Assembly: GCA_016182725.1 (NCBI GenBank)
Contig: JACPFZ010000026.1
Location: forward strand, 1 to 52,648
Source: Candidatus Gottesmanbacteria bacterium
Lineage (GTDB): Bacteria; Patescibacteriota; Microgenomatia; UBA10105; UBA927
Reading direction: 5' to 3'
Length of the DNA stretch: 52,648 nucleotides
The notes beneath the pieces were generated by a model. It did no database searches. It was not told the DNA's origin and worked only from the letters and a program-made list of their open reading frames with translations. Positions 40,156 to 47,636 of the stretch are shown piece after piece (position 1 is the stretch's first letter; every line of letters starts with the position of its first letter). Position numbers and translations under genes: made by a program.

Positions 40156-40694
40156 TTCCCAACGAAGAGGAAGTAAAAGCACTCTGGGACAAATATCAGT
40201 TACCTGATAAAAAAAGGCTGCATGTGAGTTTGGTGGCAAAAGTTGCGTTATTTTTGGCAAAAGAATTACGATTTACGATTTACGATTTACGAATAAATGA
40301 CAAATTACTTCTTGCAGGAGCCTTGCTTCATGATATTGATAAAAACATTCCCAAGCTTCCCGGCGAAGTCCATCCGGATGCAGCGGTTCGGATACTTCGA
40401 CAAGAGGAGATGAGGGAGGTGGCAGACCTCGTCAAAACGCATCCACTCCACGCGATCCTTGATCCGAAGCTTGCTCCCAAAACTTGGGAAGAGAAACTGC
40501 TGTTTCTTGCGGACAAAATGGTGAAGCATGAGATTGTTGGCGTTGATACGCGCTTTAGTTTGTGGAATGCCGAACATTTACCGCAGAAAGAGCAAAAGAT
40601 ATTAGATCGAGCGTATCCAAAAGTAAAGGCACTGGAACGGGAAATTTTTGATATGATGGGTATAAAACCAGAAAAAGTTGCGCAGTTTGCATAA
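40152..40694 (+). CDS. HD-domain phosphohydrolase
   Basis: 180 aa with AGALLHDIDK and a later H..FLADKM. Confidence 0.6.
   Translation: MIPNEEEVKALWDKYQLPDKKRLHVSLVAKVALFLAKELRFTIYDLRINDKLLLAGALLHDIDKNIPKLPGEVHPDAAVRILRQEEMREVADLVKTHPLHAILDPKLAPKTWEEKLLFLADKMVKHEIVGVDTRFSLWNAEHLPQKEQKILDRAYPKVKALEREIFDMMGIKPEKVAQFA
40268..40291 (+). repeat. 7-nt tandem repeat (ACGATTT x3.4) inside the HD-protein CDS
   Basis: ACGATTT ACGATTT ACGATTT ACGA, encoding ..LRFTIYDLRI.. Confidence 0.8.
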
Positions 40695-40724
40695 AGGAGT
40701 ATACTTAGTGTAAAGGAGGACGCT

Positions 40725-41321
40725 ATGGTACATCGCTTTCTTACGCTGTTGAGTCTCGGACTATCTTTGATGTTTCTTTCTCCCGAACTCGTTTTTGCGA
40801 AAACTCCCGTTCAAGCAACGTCTGTGATACAACCTTCTCCCACTCCGCAAATTAGCGGGGAAGTGCTGGGAACGGTAACTAAGAAAGTGGATTACGTGTT
40901 GCCGTACCCAGGGATATCTTTGGATCACCCGCTCTATGTCTTAAAGCAACTTCGGGACATGATTTTAGAAAAACTTATCTCTGATCCTATTCGAAAGGCA
41001 GAGTTTTATATGTTGCAGGCAGATAAATTCGTCAATATGGCGGTTTTTGCCATTGATCAAGGAAAGACAAAAATTGTGGGTAAGGCAGTTACTCAAGGAG
41101 AATGGTACCTCCAGCAATCAGAAATCAAGTTGATAACACTCAAAAATAACGGTATATCCATTCCTGGCAGTGTCACTGATCGTCTGGAGAAGTCGGTAGC
41201 GAAGCATATCGAAGTCCTAACGGAATTACTTACGAACGTGAGCGCGTCAGAGAAAGAAGTAATCACCGACGCCCTTACCTTGGCCAAAAAGTTGCAAGCT
41301 GACTTGTCAAAGCTTAAGTAA
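40725..41321 (+). CDS. Secreted helical protein (DUF5667-like N-terminal motif)
   Basis: 198 aa with a signal peptide, then YVLPYPGISLDHPLYVLKQLRDMI. I recall this motif from CPR secreted proteins; the family name is uncertain. Confidence 0.45.
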   Translation: MVHRFLTLLSLGLSLMFLSPELVFAKTPVQATSVIQPSPTPQISGEVLGTVTKKVDYVLPYPGISLDHPLYVLKQLRDMILEKLISDPIRKAEFYMLQADKFVNMAVFAIDQGKTKIVGKAVTQGEWYLQQSEIKLITLKNNGISIPGSVTDRLEKSVAKHIEVLTELLTNVSASEKEVITDALTLAKKLQADLSKLK

Positions 41322-41366
41322 GTGAGAAGTAATAAGTGAATACAAATTTTTTCTTCACGTTTTTCA

Positions 41367-41394
41367 TATCCCGTATCACGTATCCCGTATCACG
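41367..41394 (+). repeat. 14-nt tandem duplication TATCCCGTATCACG x2 (7-nt CGTATCM periodicity)
   Basis: The two copies occupy 41367-41380 and 41381-41394 and are bracketed by CACGTTTTTC on both sides. Confidence 0.8.
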
Positions 41395-41482
41395 TTTTTC
41401 CCCGTACTTTTTCCTCACTTGACGACTATTGAGGCTGTCAAAAAATATTGAGTAGTTCTGATGTAGAAATTGCCAGTTGACG

Positions 41483-41530
41483 ACATGCCATTTAGTGTCC
41501 TAGGATCGTGAGTGGCACCAGATGTAGTGT
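41483..41530 (+). promoter_or_regulatory. Two candidate NrdR boxes
   Basis: ACATGCCATTTAGTGT (41483-41498) and GCACCAGATGTAGTGT (41515-41530) partly match the consensus acaCwAtATaTwgtgt. They are 32 bp apart and sit just upstream of nrdR-nrdJ. Confidence 0.45.
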
Positions 41531-41544
41531 TTTTTATTTCACAG

Positions 41545-41991
41545 ATGAAGTGTCCCTATTGTTCCAACGAAGCAACAGAAGTTATTGAGACGAGGGAAAG
41601 CGAAGATCTGTCGGTGACGCGCCGCAGGCGAACGTGTACGAAGTGCGAGAAGCGGTTTACGACGTACGAACGGGTAGAGCATGTGCCGCTCACCGTTATT
41701 AAAAAGGATGAGCGCAGGGAATCGTTTGATCGGGAAAAGCTTAAGCGCGGTATCTGGCGGGCAAGCGGCAAGACGACACTCAAAGCCGCAGACATTGATA
41801 GAATTGTTGATGAAGTGGAACGAGAACTCATTGGAGGAGAAGGAACGGAGATAGTCAGTAAAAAAATTGGAGAACTCGTTGCACGACGTTTAAAAAAATT
41901 AGACAAGATCGCCTATATTCGATTTGCAAGCGTATTTCGACAATTTGTGGATATAGAAGATTTTGAAAAAGAGTTACGAAAACTCCAATAA
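41545..41991 (+). CDS. nrdR: Transcriptional repressor NrdR
   Basis: MKCPYCS..C.KC zinc ribbon plus an ATP-cone (KKDERRESFDREKLKRGI). The ORF-track start at 41512 would overlap the NrdR boxes. Confidence 0.9.
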   Translation: MKCPYCSNEATEVIETRESEDLSVTRRRRTCTKCEKRFTTYERVEHVPLTVIKKDERRESFDREKLKRGIWRASGKTTLKAADIDRIVDEVERELIGGEGTEIVSKKIGELVARRLKKLDKIAYIRFASVFRQFVDIEDFEKELRKLQ

Positions 41992-42025
41992 CGATTATAC
42001 ATGTTATATAAATTATAAACCTTAT

Positions 42026-45000
42026 ATGGACCTTACCGGCATTCGTCAAACAGTCTTTTTAGATCGTTACGCGCTCAAAGATGAGACCGGTAAACCGGTC
42101 GAAAAAACTCCCGAGGAAATGTGGCGCAGAGTGGCGCACGCGATTGCACAGGTGGAGCCGAAAGCCAAACGGGAGCACTGGGAAGAGCAGTTTTATGATG
42201 CCATGCAGAATTTTATCCTCGTGCCGGGCGGACGTATCCTCTCTGGAGCAGGTACCGGCTACAAGGTTACATTTTATAATTGCTTCGTGGTTCCCAGCCC
42301 TGCAGATTCGCGCGGCGGCATACTCAAGACATTAGGTCAAATGGTAGAAATTATGTCGCGCGGCGGAGGGGTGGGCATCAACCTTTCCAGTTTGCGCCCC
42401 CGCGGCTCGCGCGTCAAGAAAGTAAACGGATTTTCTTCGGGTCCGTGCAATTGGGCGGAGTTGTTTAGTGTGGCTACCAAAGACATCATTCAGCAAGGCG
42501 GGTGCTTTGCGCCGGGGACGCGGATTATGACGCACCGGGGGCTCGTGCCAGTTGAAGAGATCGTCATGGGGAAGGCGCGCTCATTTGCCGCAACACACCA
42601 GGGGTATAAAGAGGTAACGGCGAGGTTTCATAACGGGAGAAAAGAAGTATATGAGGTAACGACTGCAGCCGGGTTTAGGGTCACGGCAACCGGAGAGCAC
42701 AAGTTCGTGACGTTTAACGAACGGGGCGAGTTCTTTCTTACACCGCTATCATCGCTTCGTGAGGGCGATCATACCGTGATGCTTTTGGGAGACTGGCGTG
42801 ATGACGTGCCGTGCGTGCAGCTTTCAACGAGCCTGCCGGAGCCCTCGAAACACTCATGGGGCAGAAAAGACATTGTGTTGCCCGAAGCATTTACCCAGGA
42901 TCTGGCATTCCTTATTGGTGCCTACCACGCCGACGGCTCTAAAATCAGCGATGAGTATAGTCCCAACGGGAAAGGTATCCGGATTGCCATGGCCCATGAC
43001 AGGCCGGAGGATCTCAAGACGCTTTTGAGTGCTATCACGCGATGCTTTGCTATAGAACCAAAGATCCATCACGGTGATGGGGCAGTGTGGGACGTGGAGA
43101 TATTCTCGCGTAGACTCAACGAATACCTTACCGAAAACAAACTCATGAAGGCATCAAGTGTCACGGTGACTGTGCCGGAGCAGGTCTTCCGTTCGCCCAA
43201 GTCTGTGGTATCGGCCTACATCGCCGGAGTATTTATGGGTGATGGTACCAACCGCGGCGGGAAAGGGGGCTTGCGCATTACGACGGTAAGCCGCCGCTTT
43301 GCCCAAGAACTCCAATTACTACTCATCAATGTAGGGATTGCATCGCGGATTGCAGTACAGGAAAGAAAAGAAAATCTTTTGGCTCCGTGGACCGAGAAAG
43401 TAGCAGACCACGAGGTATCGGTGCGGGATGGCGCGTTTGGATGGCCATTTAACGTCGTTAATCGGTTTGCGTACCTTGCAAATTTTCAGCGGACCATGGC
43501 GCGCACCAACCCGACGACGAGCCAGAAAGCGGCGTTGTTTCTCCAGGAACATCTCCCGCAGGTCTTCCAATCGGATCAACAGGACGTTGAGTTTCTCGCC
43601 TCCTGTGTTCCCGATGAAATCGTCAGTATCACCCCGAAGGGAATATTGCCGGTTTATGATCTGGAGGTTAGCGATACGCACCTTCTTTCCGGCAACGGAT
43701 TTTACACATCCAATAGCCGTCGCGGCGCCCTTATGCTCATGCTGTGGGACTGGCACCCGGATATCGAAGAATTTATTACGGTCAAACAAGACCTCACCCG
43801 CATCAACGGCGCCAATCTTTCCGTCTGTGTGTCCGATGCATTCATGGAGGCGGTGAAAAACGATAGCGATTGGGAGCTCGTGTTTCCGGATAAAGAAGAT
43901 CCGGACTACGATACGAAGTGGGACGGATATCTTTCTAATTGGCTTGCCTTGGGGAAAAAAGTGATTGTCCAAAAGACCGTCAAGGCACGAAAAATTTGGG
44001 ACCTGGTTGCCGAAGCCGCGTGGAAGAGCGCCGAGCCCGGCGTGGTGTTTATGGAGCGCTACAATAAATGGTTTAACAATTATTATTGGGAGCACGTCAA
44101 CTGTGTAAACCCATGCGTGACGGGAGATACGATCGTTTCTACTACGAACGGTATGCGCACCATTACAGATCTTTACCAGGAAGGTAAACCGTTCGCTGTG
44201 ATGGTTGACGGGAAACCATATCTTTCTTCGCCCGTTTTTAAAACCGGAACAAAAAGAGTCTACCGATTGAAAACCCGCGAAGGGTATCAACTCCGTTTAA
44301 CCCATGATCATAAGGTGTATACGCCATCAGGCAAGGTGGAGGCAAGGCAATTACAACAGGGAGACAACATTGTGTTAACGAGCGGTGGCGCATTTGGTGT
44401 GCATGGCACATTGGAAGAGGGTCAGGTACTTGGATGGCTTGTGGGAGATGGGAGCATGAAAGAAGATGTTGCGACATTATATTTTTATCGTAAAGAGAAA
44501 GAAGAGCTTGCGCCACGATTTGCTGCGATGGTGAGTGCTATGGTTGATGGCGAACAAATAGTTTCGCGTTCGTATCCTGTGGGTGCTCAATATATTGAGA
44601 AAGAAGATAAAGCAGTAGTTGAATCCGTTCGCCTATGGCGTATGGCCAAGCGGTATGGACTTTCTCATGAAAACAAATATCTTGTGCCGCAGACAATATG
44701 TACTGGTTCAGAAGCAATGCAGCGAGGATTTTTACAGGGACTATTTTCTAGCGATGGACATGTTGCCGGTACCCCAAAAAAAGGTGTTTCTGTGCGACTT
44801 ACCTCTGTAAGCCATAAACTTCTTATCGATGTACAACGGTTGCTTCTCAATTTTGGAATCGTAAGCAAGCTATATCAAAACCGCCGAGACGCTGGTATGC
44901 GACGTTTGCCCGATGGGCATGGAGGTTATAAGGAATATACCTGTCAAGCCTATCACGACTTGGTGATTGCAAAATCAGATCTTCATCTTTTTGCAAGTTT

Positions 45001-46702
45001 GATCGGTTTTTTACAGGAAGAAAAACAAGAGAAGCTTCGATCGCTTTTGGCAACGTATGTTCGTGGACCGTATAAGAAGTCCTTCATAGCGACATTTGAT
45101 GGTTTAGAAGAAGAAGGGATGGAAGATGTCTTTGATATTACCGTTGCCGGTATTCATCGGTTTGCTGCAAACGGCATGATAGTTTCCAATTGCGGTGAGG
45201 AAGCTCTTCCAGATTGGGGCGTTTGCAATTTGTGTTCCATCAATCTTGCGGCACTCGTGACCGATGCGGGAGAGATGGATTACAAGCGCCTGGCAGACAT
45301 TGCCAAAATTGGCGTGCGATTTCAGGATGACATTGTGGATGCGGATTTCTACGTGTTTGATGAAATTTCTAAGGTCCAGAAGGGAGGCGAGCGGCGGATA
45401 GGGCTAGGGACCATGGGGTTGGGCGATGCGCTTATTAAAATGAAACTGCGCTATGGCTCAGCTGAATCGTTGCCGGTTATTGATAAAATCTATCGCACCA
45501 TTCGCGACGCCGCGTATGAAGCATCCGTGGACATTGCGAAAGAAAAAGGAGCATTTCCAAAGATAGATATTGAAAAGCATCTTGATGCGTACTTTATCAA
45601 ACAACTTCCCGAAGATACGAGAAAGAAAATGAAAAAGCATGGGGTGCGAAATAGCGTGGTGCTCCAACAGGCGCCCACAGGGTCAACCTCGCTCCTTTCC
45701 GGAGTTTCCAGTGGCATTGAGCCGGTGTATGAATTTGAATTTATTCGGCGTGACCGGCTCGGAGAACATACGCTGCGCCATCCGCTCTATGATGCATGGT
45801 TTGATGCGTTTAAAAAAACGAATGGGCGGGAACCCACCAAAGAAGAACGTCCCGGTTGGTTTGTGTCGGCAAATGATCTGACGCCGGAAGACCACGTGCA
45901 CGTGCAGGCAACGATTCAAAAGTATGTAGATGCCAGCATTAGTAAAACCGTCAACGCGCCCAAAACGCACACAGTGGAAGATGTCAAGCGACTCTACACG
46001 TTGGCGTATGAACTAGGATGTAAAGGCATCGCGTATATGCGCGAAGGGAGCAGGCAAGGAGTGCTGTCTCGCCCTGACTCCGCCAAGGCTTCGTCGGGCA
46101 AGCAGGAAGAAAAACGAGCAGAGCAGTCGCGACCCGAAGTAAAGCCTCGGCCAATGATTGCCCACGGATCAACCTATCAGATAGAAACGCCGGTGGGACA
46201 GGCATTTATCACTATCAATACCAATGGTGGCATGCAGCCGTTGGAGATATTTATTAATGTTGGGAAAGCAGGAAGCGACGTAACGGCTATGGCAGAGGCA
46301 ATGGGTCGGTTGATATCATTAACATTGCGCATGGCCTCTCCTATTCCCGCCTTGGACCGTGCCCACAAAATAGCAGCGGAGCTTATCGGCATTGGCGGCG
46401 CCCGTAGTTTAGGTTTTGGAGAAAATAGAGTGCGCAGTTTGCCTGATGCTATTGCCAAAGTGATTGACCGGCACTTTGGTTTTTTCACGAAACACCGTTT
46501 AAGTGATTCTGCGCCCGATGCAGTGAATGGTCATACCTCGGAAGACCTCGGTACAAGTACGCCAGCGCAACAATTACCGTTACCGCAAACGCAATCCCAG
46601 CGCATGGTGACCGTTGACTTATGTCCCCAATGTGGCGAAGGAAGCCTGGTGTTTGAAGAATCCTGCAAGAAATGTTATAGCTGCGGCTATTCGGAATGTT
46701 AA
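42026..46702 (+). CDS. nrdJ: Class II (adenosylcobalamin-dependent) ribonucleotide reductase carrying two inteins
   Basis: The extein sequence reads MDLTGIRQTVFLDRYALKD.., QQGG|SRRGALM, NP|CGEEALP..CNLCSINL, ends in a CPQC..CKKCYSCG zinc ribbon, and totals about 795 aa. The start is taken at ATG 42026. Confidence 0.85.
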   Translation: MDLTGIRQTVFLDRYALKDETGKPVEKTPEEMWRRVAHAIAQVEPKAKREHWEEQFYDAMQNFILVPGGRILSGAGTGYKVTFYNCFVVPSPADSRGGILKTLGQMVEIMSRGGGVGINLSSLRPRGSRVKKVNGFSSGPCNWAELFSVATKDIIQQGGCFAPGTRIMTHRGLVPVEEIVMGKARSFAATHQGYKEVTARFHNGRKEVYEVTTAAGFRVTATGEHKFVTFNERGEFFLTPLSSLREGDHTVMLLGDWRDDVPCVQLSTSLPEPSKHSWGRKDIVLPEAFTQDLAFLIGAYHADGSKISDEYSPNGKGIRIAMAHDRPEDLKTLLSAITRCFAIEPKIHHGDGAVWDVEIFSRRLNEYLTENKLMKASSVTVTVPEQVFRSPKSVVSAYIAGVFMGDGTNRGGKGGLRITTVSRRFAQELQLLLINVGIASRIAVQERKENLLAPWTEKVADHEVSVRDGAFGWPFNVVNRFAYLANFQRTMARTNPTTSQKAALFLQEHLPQVFQSDQQDVEFLASCVPDEIVSITPKGILPVYDLEVSDTHLLSGNGFYTSNSRRGALMLMLWDWHPDIEEFITVKQDLTRINGANLSVCVSDAFMEAVKNDSDWELVFPDKEDPDYDTKWDGYLSNWLALGKKVIVQKTVKARKIWDLVAEAAWKSAEPGVVFMERYNKWFNNYYWEHVNCVNPCVTGDTIVSTTNGMRTITDLYQEGKPFAVMVDGKPYLSSPVFKTGTKRVYRLKTREGYQLRLTHDHKVYTPSGKVEARQLQQGDNIVLTSGGAFGVHGTLEEGQVLGWLVGDGSMKEDVATLYFYRKEKEELAPRFAAMVSAMVDGEQIVSRSYPVGAQYIEKEDKAVVESVRLWRMAKRYGLSHENKYLVPQTICTGSEAMQRGFLQGLFSSDGHVAGTPKKGVSVRLTSVSHKLLIDVQRLLLNFGIVSKLYQNRRDAGMRRLPDGHGGYKEYTCQAYHDLVIAKSDLHLFASLIGFLQEEKQEKLRSLLATYVRGPYKKSFIATFDGLEEEGMEDVFDITVAGIHRFAANGMIVSNCGEEALPDWGVCNLCSINLAALVTDAGEMDYKRLADIAKIGVRFQDDIVDADFYVFDEISKVQKGGERRIGLGTMGLGDALIKMKLRYGSAESLPVIDKIYRTIRDAAYEASVDIAKEKGAFPKIDIEKHLDAYFIKQLPEDTRKKMKKHGVRNSVVLQQAPTGSTSLLSGVSSGIEPVYEFEFIRRDRLGEHTLRHPLYDAWFDAFKKTNGREPTKEERPGWFVSANDLTPEDHVHVQATIQKYVDASISKTVNAPKTHTVEDVKRLYTLAYELGCKGIAYMREGSRQGVLSRPDSAKASSGKQEEKRAEQSRPEVKPRPMIAHGSTYQIETPVGQAFITINTNGGMQPLEIFINVGKAGSDVTAMAEAMGRLISLTLRMASPIPALDRAHKIAAELIGIGGARSLGFGENRVRSLPDAIAKVIDRHFGFFTKHRLSDSAPDAVNGHTSEDLGTSTPAQQLPLPQTQSQRMVTVDLCPQCGEGSLVFEESCKKCYSCGYSEC
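42503..43714 (+). mobile_element. Intein 1 (404 aa) with LAGLIDADG homing-endonuclease domain
   Basis: It begins CFAPGTRIMT and has block B GEHKFVT and LAGLIDADG-like LAFLIGAYHADGS and YIAGVFMGDGT. It ends VYDLEVSDTHLLSGNGFYTSN, followed by the +1 Ser of SRRGA. Confidence 0.85.
44114..45190 (+). mobile_element. Intein 2 (359 aa) with LAGLIDADG homing-endonuclease domain
   Basis: It begins CVTGDTIVST and has block B LTHDHKVYT and LGWLVGDGSM and FLQGLFSSDGHV. It ends VFDITVAGIHRFAANGMIVSN, followed by the +1 Cys of the NPCGE active site. Confidence 0.85.
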
Positions 46703-46780
46703 TCCGATAAATCCGACAAATAAGCAAATCCGACAAATGTTTTTATTTGTAGTATTTATCGGATTTGTAGTATTTGTTTA
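46701..46780 (+). terminator. Compound hairpin / likely terminator after nrdJ
   Basis: 12-bp perfect stem AATCCGATAAAT (46701-46712) / ATTTATCGGATT (46754-46765), with an inner hairpin ACAAAT..ATTTGT. A T-rich tract follows. Confidence 0.5.
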
Positions 46781-46786
46781 TTGTTT

Positions 46787-47344
46787 ATGTCTATTTACAC
46801 CCGAACCGGTGACACCGGAACCACATCGCTTTTTGGTGGTAAACGCGTGCTCAAATGCGCGGAACTGGTGGATGTTTATGGCTCTATTGATGAGCTCAAT
46901 AGCTGGGTGGGGCTTATTGCTTCGCAAATTACGGTTCCCGATGTCCAACAATTTTTGGCAATGATTCAATCTGATTTATTTACCATAGGAAGTCTGTTAG
47001 CTGGATGGAAGCCAGCTTCGCAAGAGGTCCTCTTGCGAAAGATGGAAGGGCGAGTAAAGGAAATGGAGGCGCGGATTGATGCATTAGAGAAAGACTTGCC
47101 AGCTATCAAAAACTTTATTCTTCCCGGCGGTTCGGTTTTGGGTTCCTATGCGCATGTAACACGGAGTATCTGTCGCCGTGTGGAGCGTCAGACGGTAGCA
47201 TTGGCGCAAAAGCAACCAGTGAATCCGTTCATCATCAAATATCTCAATCGATTATCGGACTTGTTTTTCATGCTTGCACGGTTTATAAATAAAAAGACGA
47301 ATCAGCCGGAAATTATTTGGTCTGGTATGAAAAAAGGTAAATAG
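46787..47344 (+). CDS. PduO-type ATP:cob(I)alamin adenosyltransferase
   Basis: The MSIYTRTGDTGTTSLFGGKRV N-terminal signature is present. The ORF-track start is TTG 46781; the first ATG is at 46787. Confidence 0.8.
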   Translation: MSIYTRTGDTGTTSLFGGKRVLKCAELVDVYGSIDELNSWVGLIASQITVPDVQQFLAMIQSDLFTIGSLLAGWKPASQEVLLRKMEGRVKEMEARIDALEKDLPAIKNFILPGGSVLGSYAHVTRSICRRVERQTVALAQKQPVNPFIIKYLNRLSDLFFMLARFINKKTNQPEIIWSGMKKGK

Positions 47345-47550
47345 TCAAAAGCTCCGAATCCCGTGACCCCACTCCGCGTAAAGCTACGCGGGGCGAGGAA
47401 TTCGGGAACTGTACCGCAACGGTATTTCGATAGCTTGCTCTGAGAGAGCGAAGCGAATCGAAGAGTCCGGTCGCAGGCTTTTGACAAGCGCGTATCCTTC
47501 GAGTGAGAGGAGATGCGACTTTATAAAACTTCTCACTCGAGAAGTTTTTT
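47344..47550 (+). ncRNA. Unclassified structured RNA (riboswitch-like leader or sRNA) with terminator/antiterminator
   Basis: The closing stem is GTCAAAAGC (47344-47352) / GCTTTTGAC (47477-47485), enclosing at least 3 internal hairpins. It is followed by terminator AAAACTTCTC-ACTC-GAGAAGTTTTTT (47525-47550). The 5' arm of that terminator can alternatively pair with TTCGAGTGAGA (47498-47508). Confidence 0.45.
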
Positions 47551-47636
47551 GATGCGTTAGTTAATAAGCAAATTTTTATTTGCGAATTTACTAACCATCA
47601 ATCCGTCCGAAGTCCCGTCAAGCGGGACGAAGGAGG

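Noticed and set aside
41512-42025. ORF-track starts for nrdR (41512) and nrdJ (41963)
   Set aside because: The extensions MAPDVVFFISQ and MKKSYENSNNDYTCYINYKPY are not NrdR- or NrdJ-like. The first overlaps the candidate NrdR boxes and the second overlaps the end of nrdR. The canonical MKCPYC (41545) and MDLTGIRQ (42026) starts are preferred.
43319-44290. 323-aa minus-strand ORF inside nrdJ/intein 1
   Set aside because: It is antisense to a strongly supported CDS (intein blocks and RNR extein motifs in the plus frame). It is Arg/Gly-rich, which is typical of antisense artefacts.
47344-47490. Assigning the structured leader to the cobalamin riboswitch class (also TPP, because of CTGAGA)
   Set aside because: Only partial resemblance was found (GGAACTGTACCGCAACGGTA to the cobalamin core; CTGAGA to TPP). 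I could not find a B12 box (AGYCMGGAGACCKGCC), GCCACTG, or the TPP ACCTGATCTGGATAATGCCAGCG-type segment. It is kept as unclassified.
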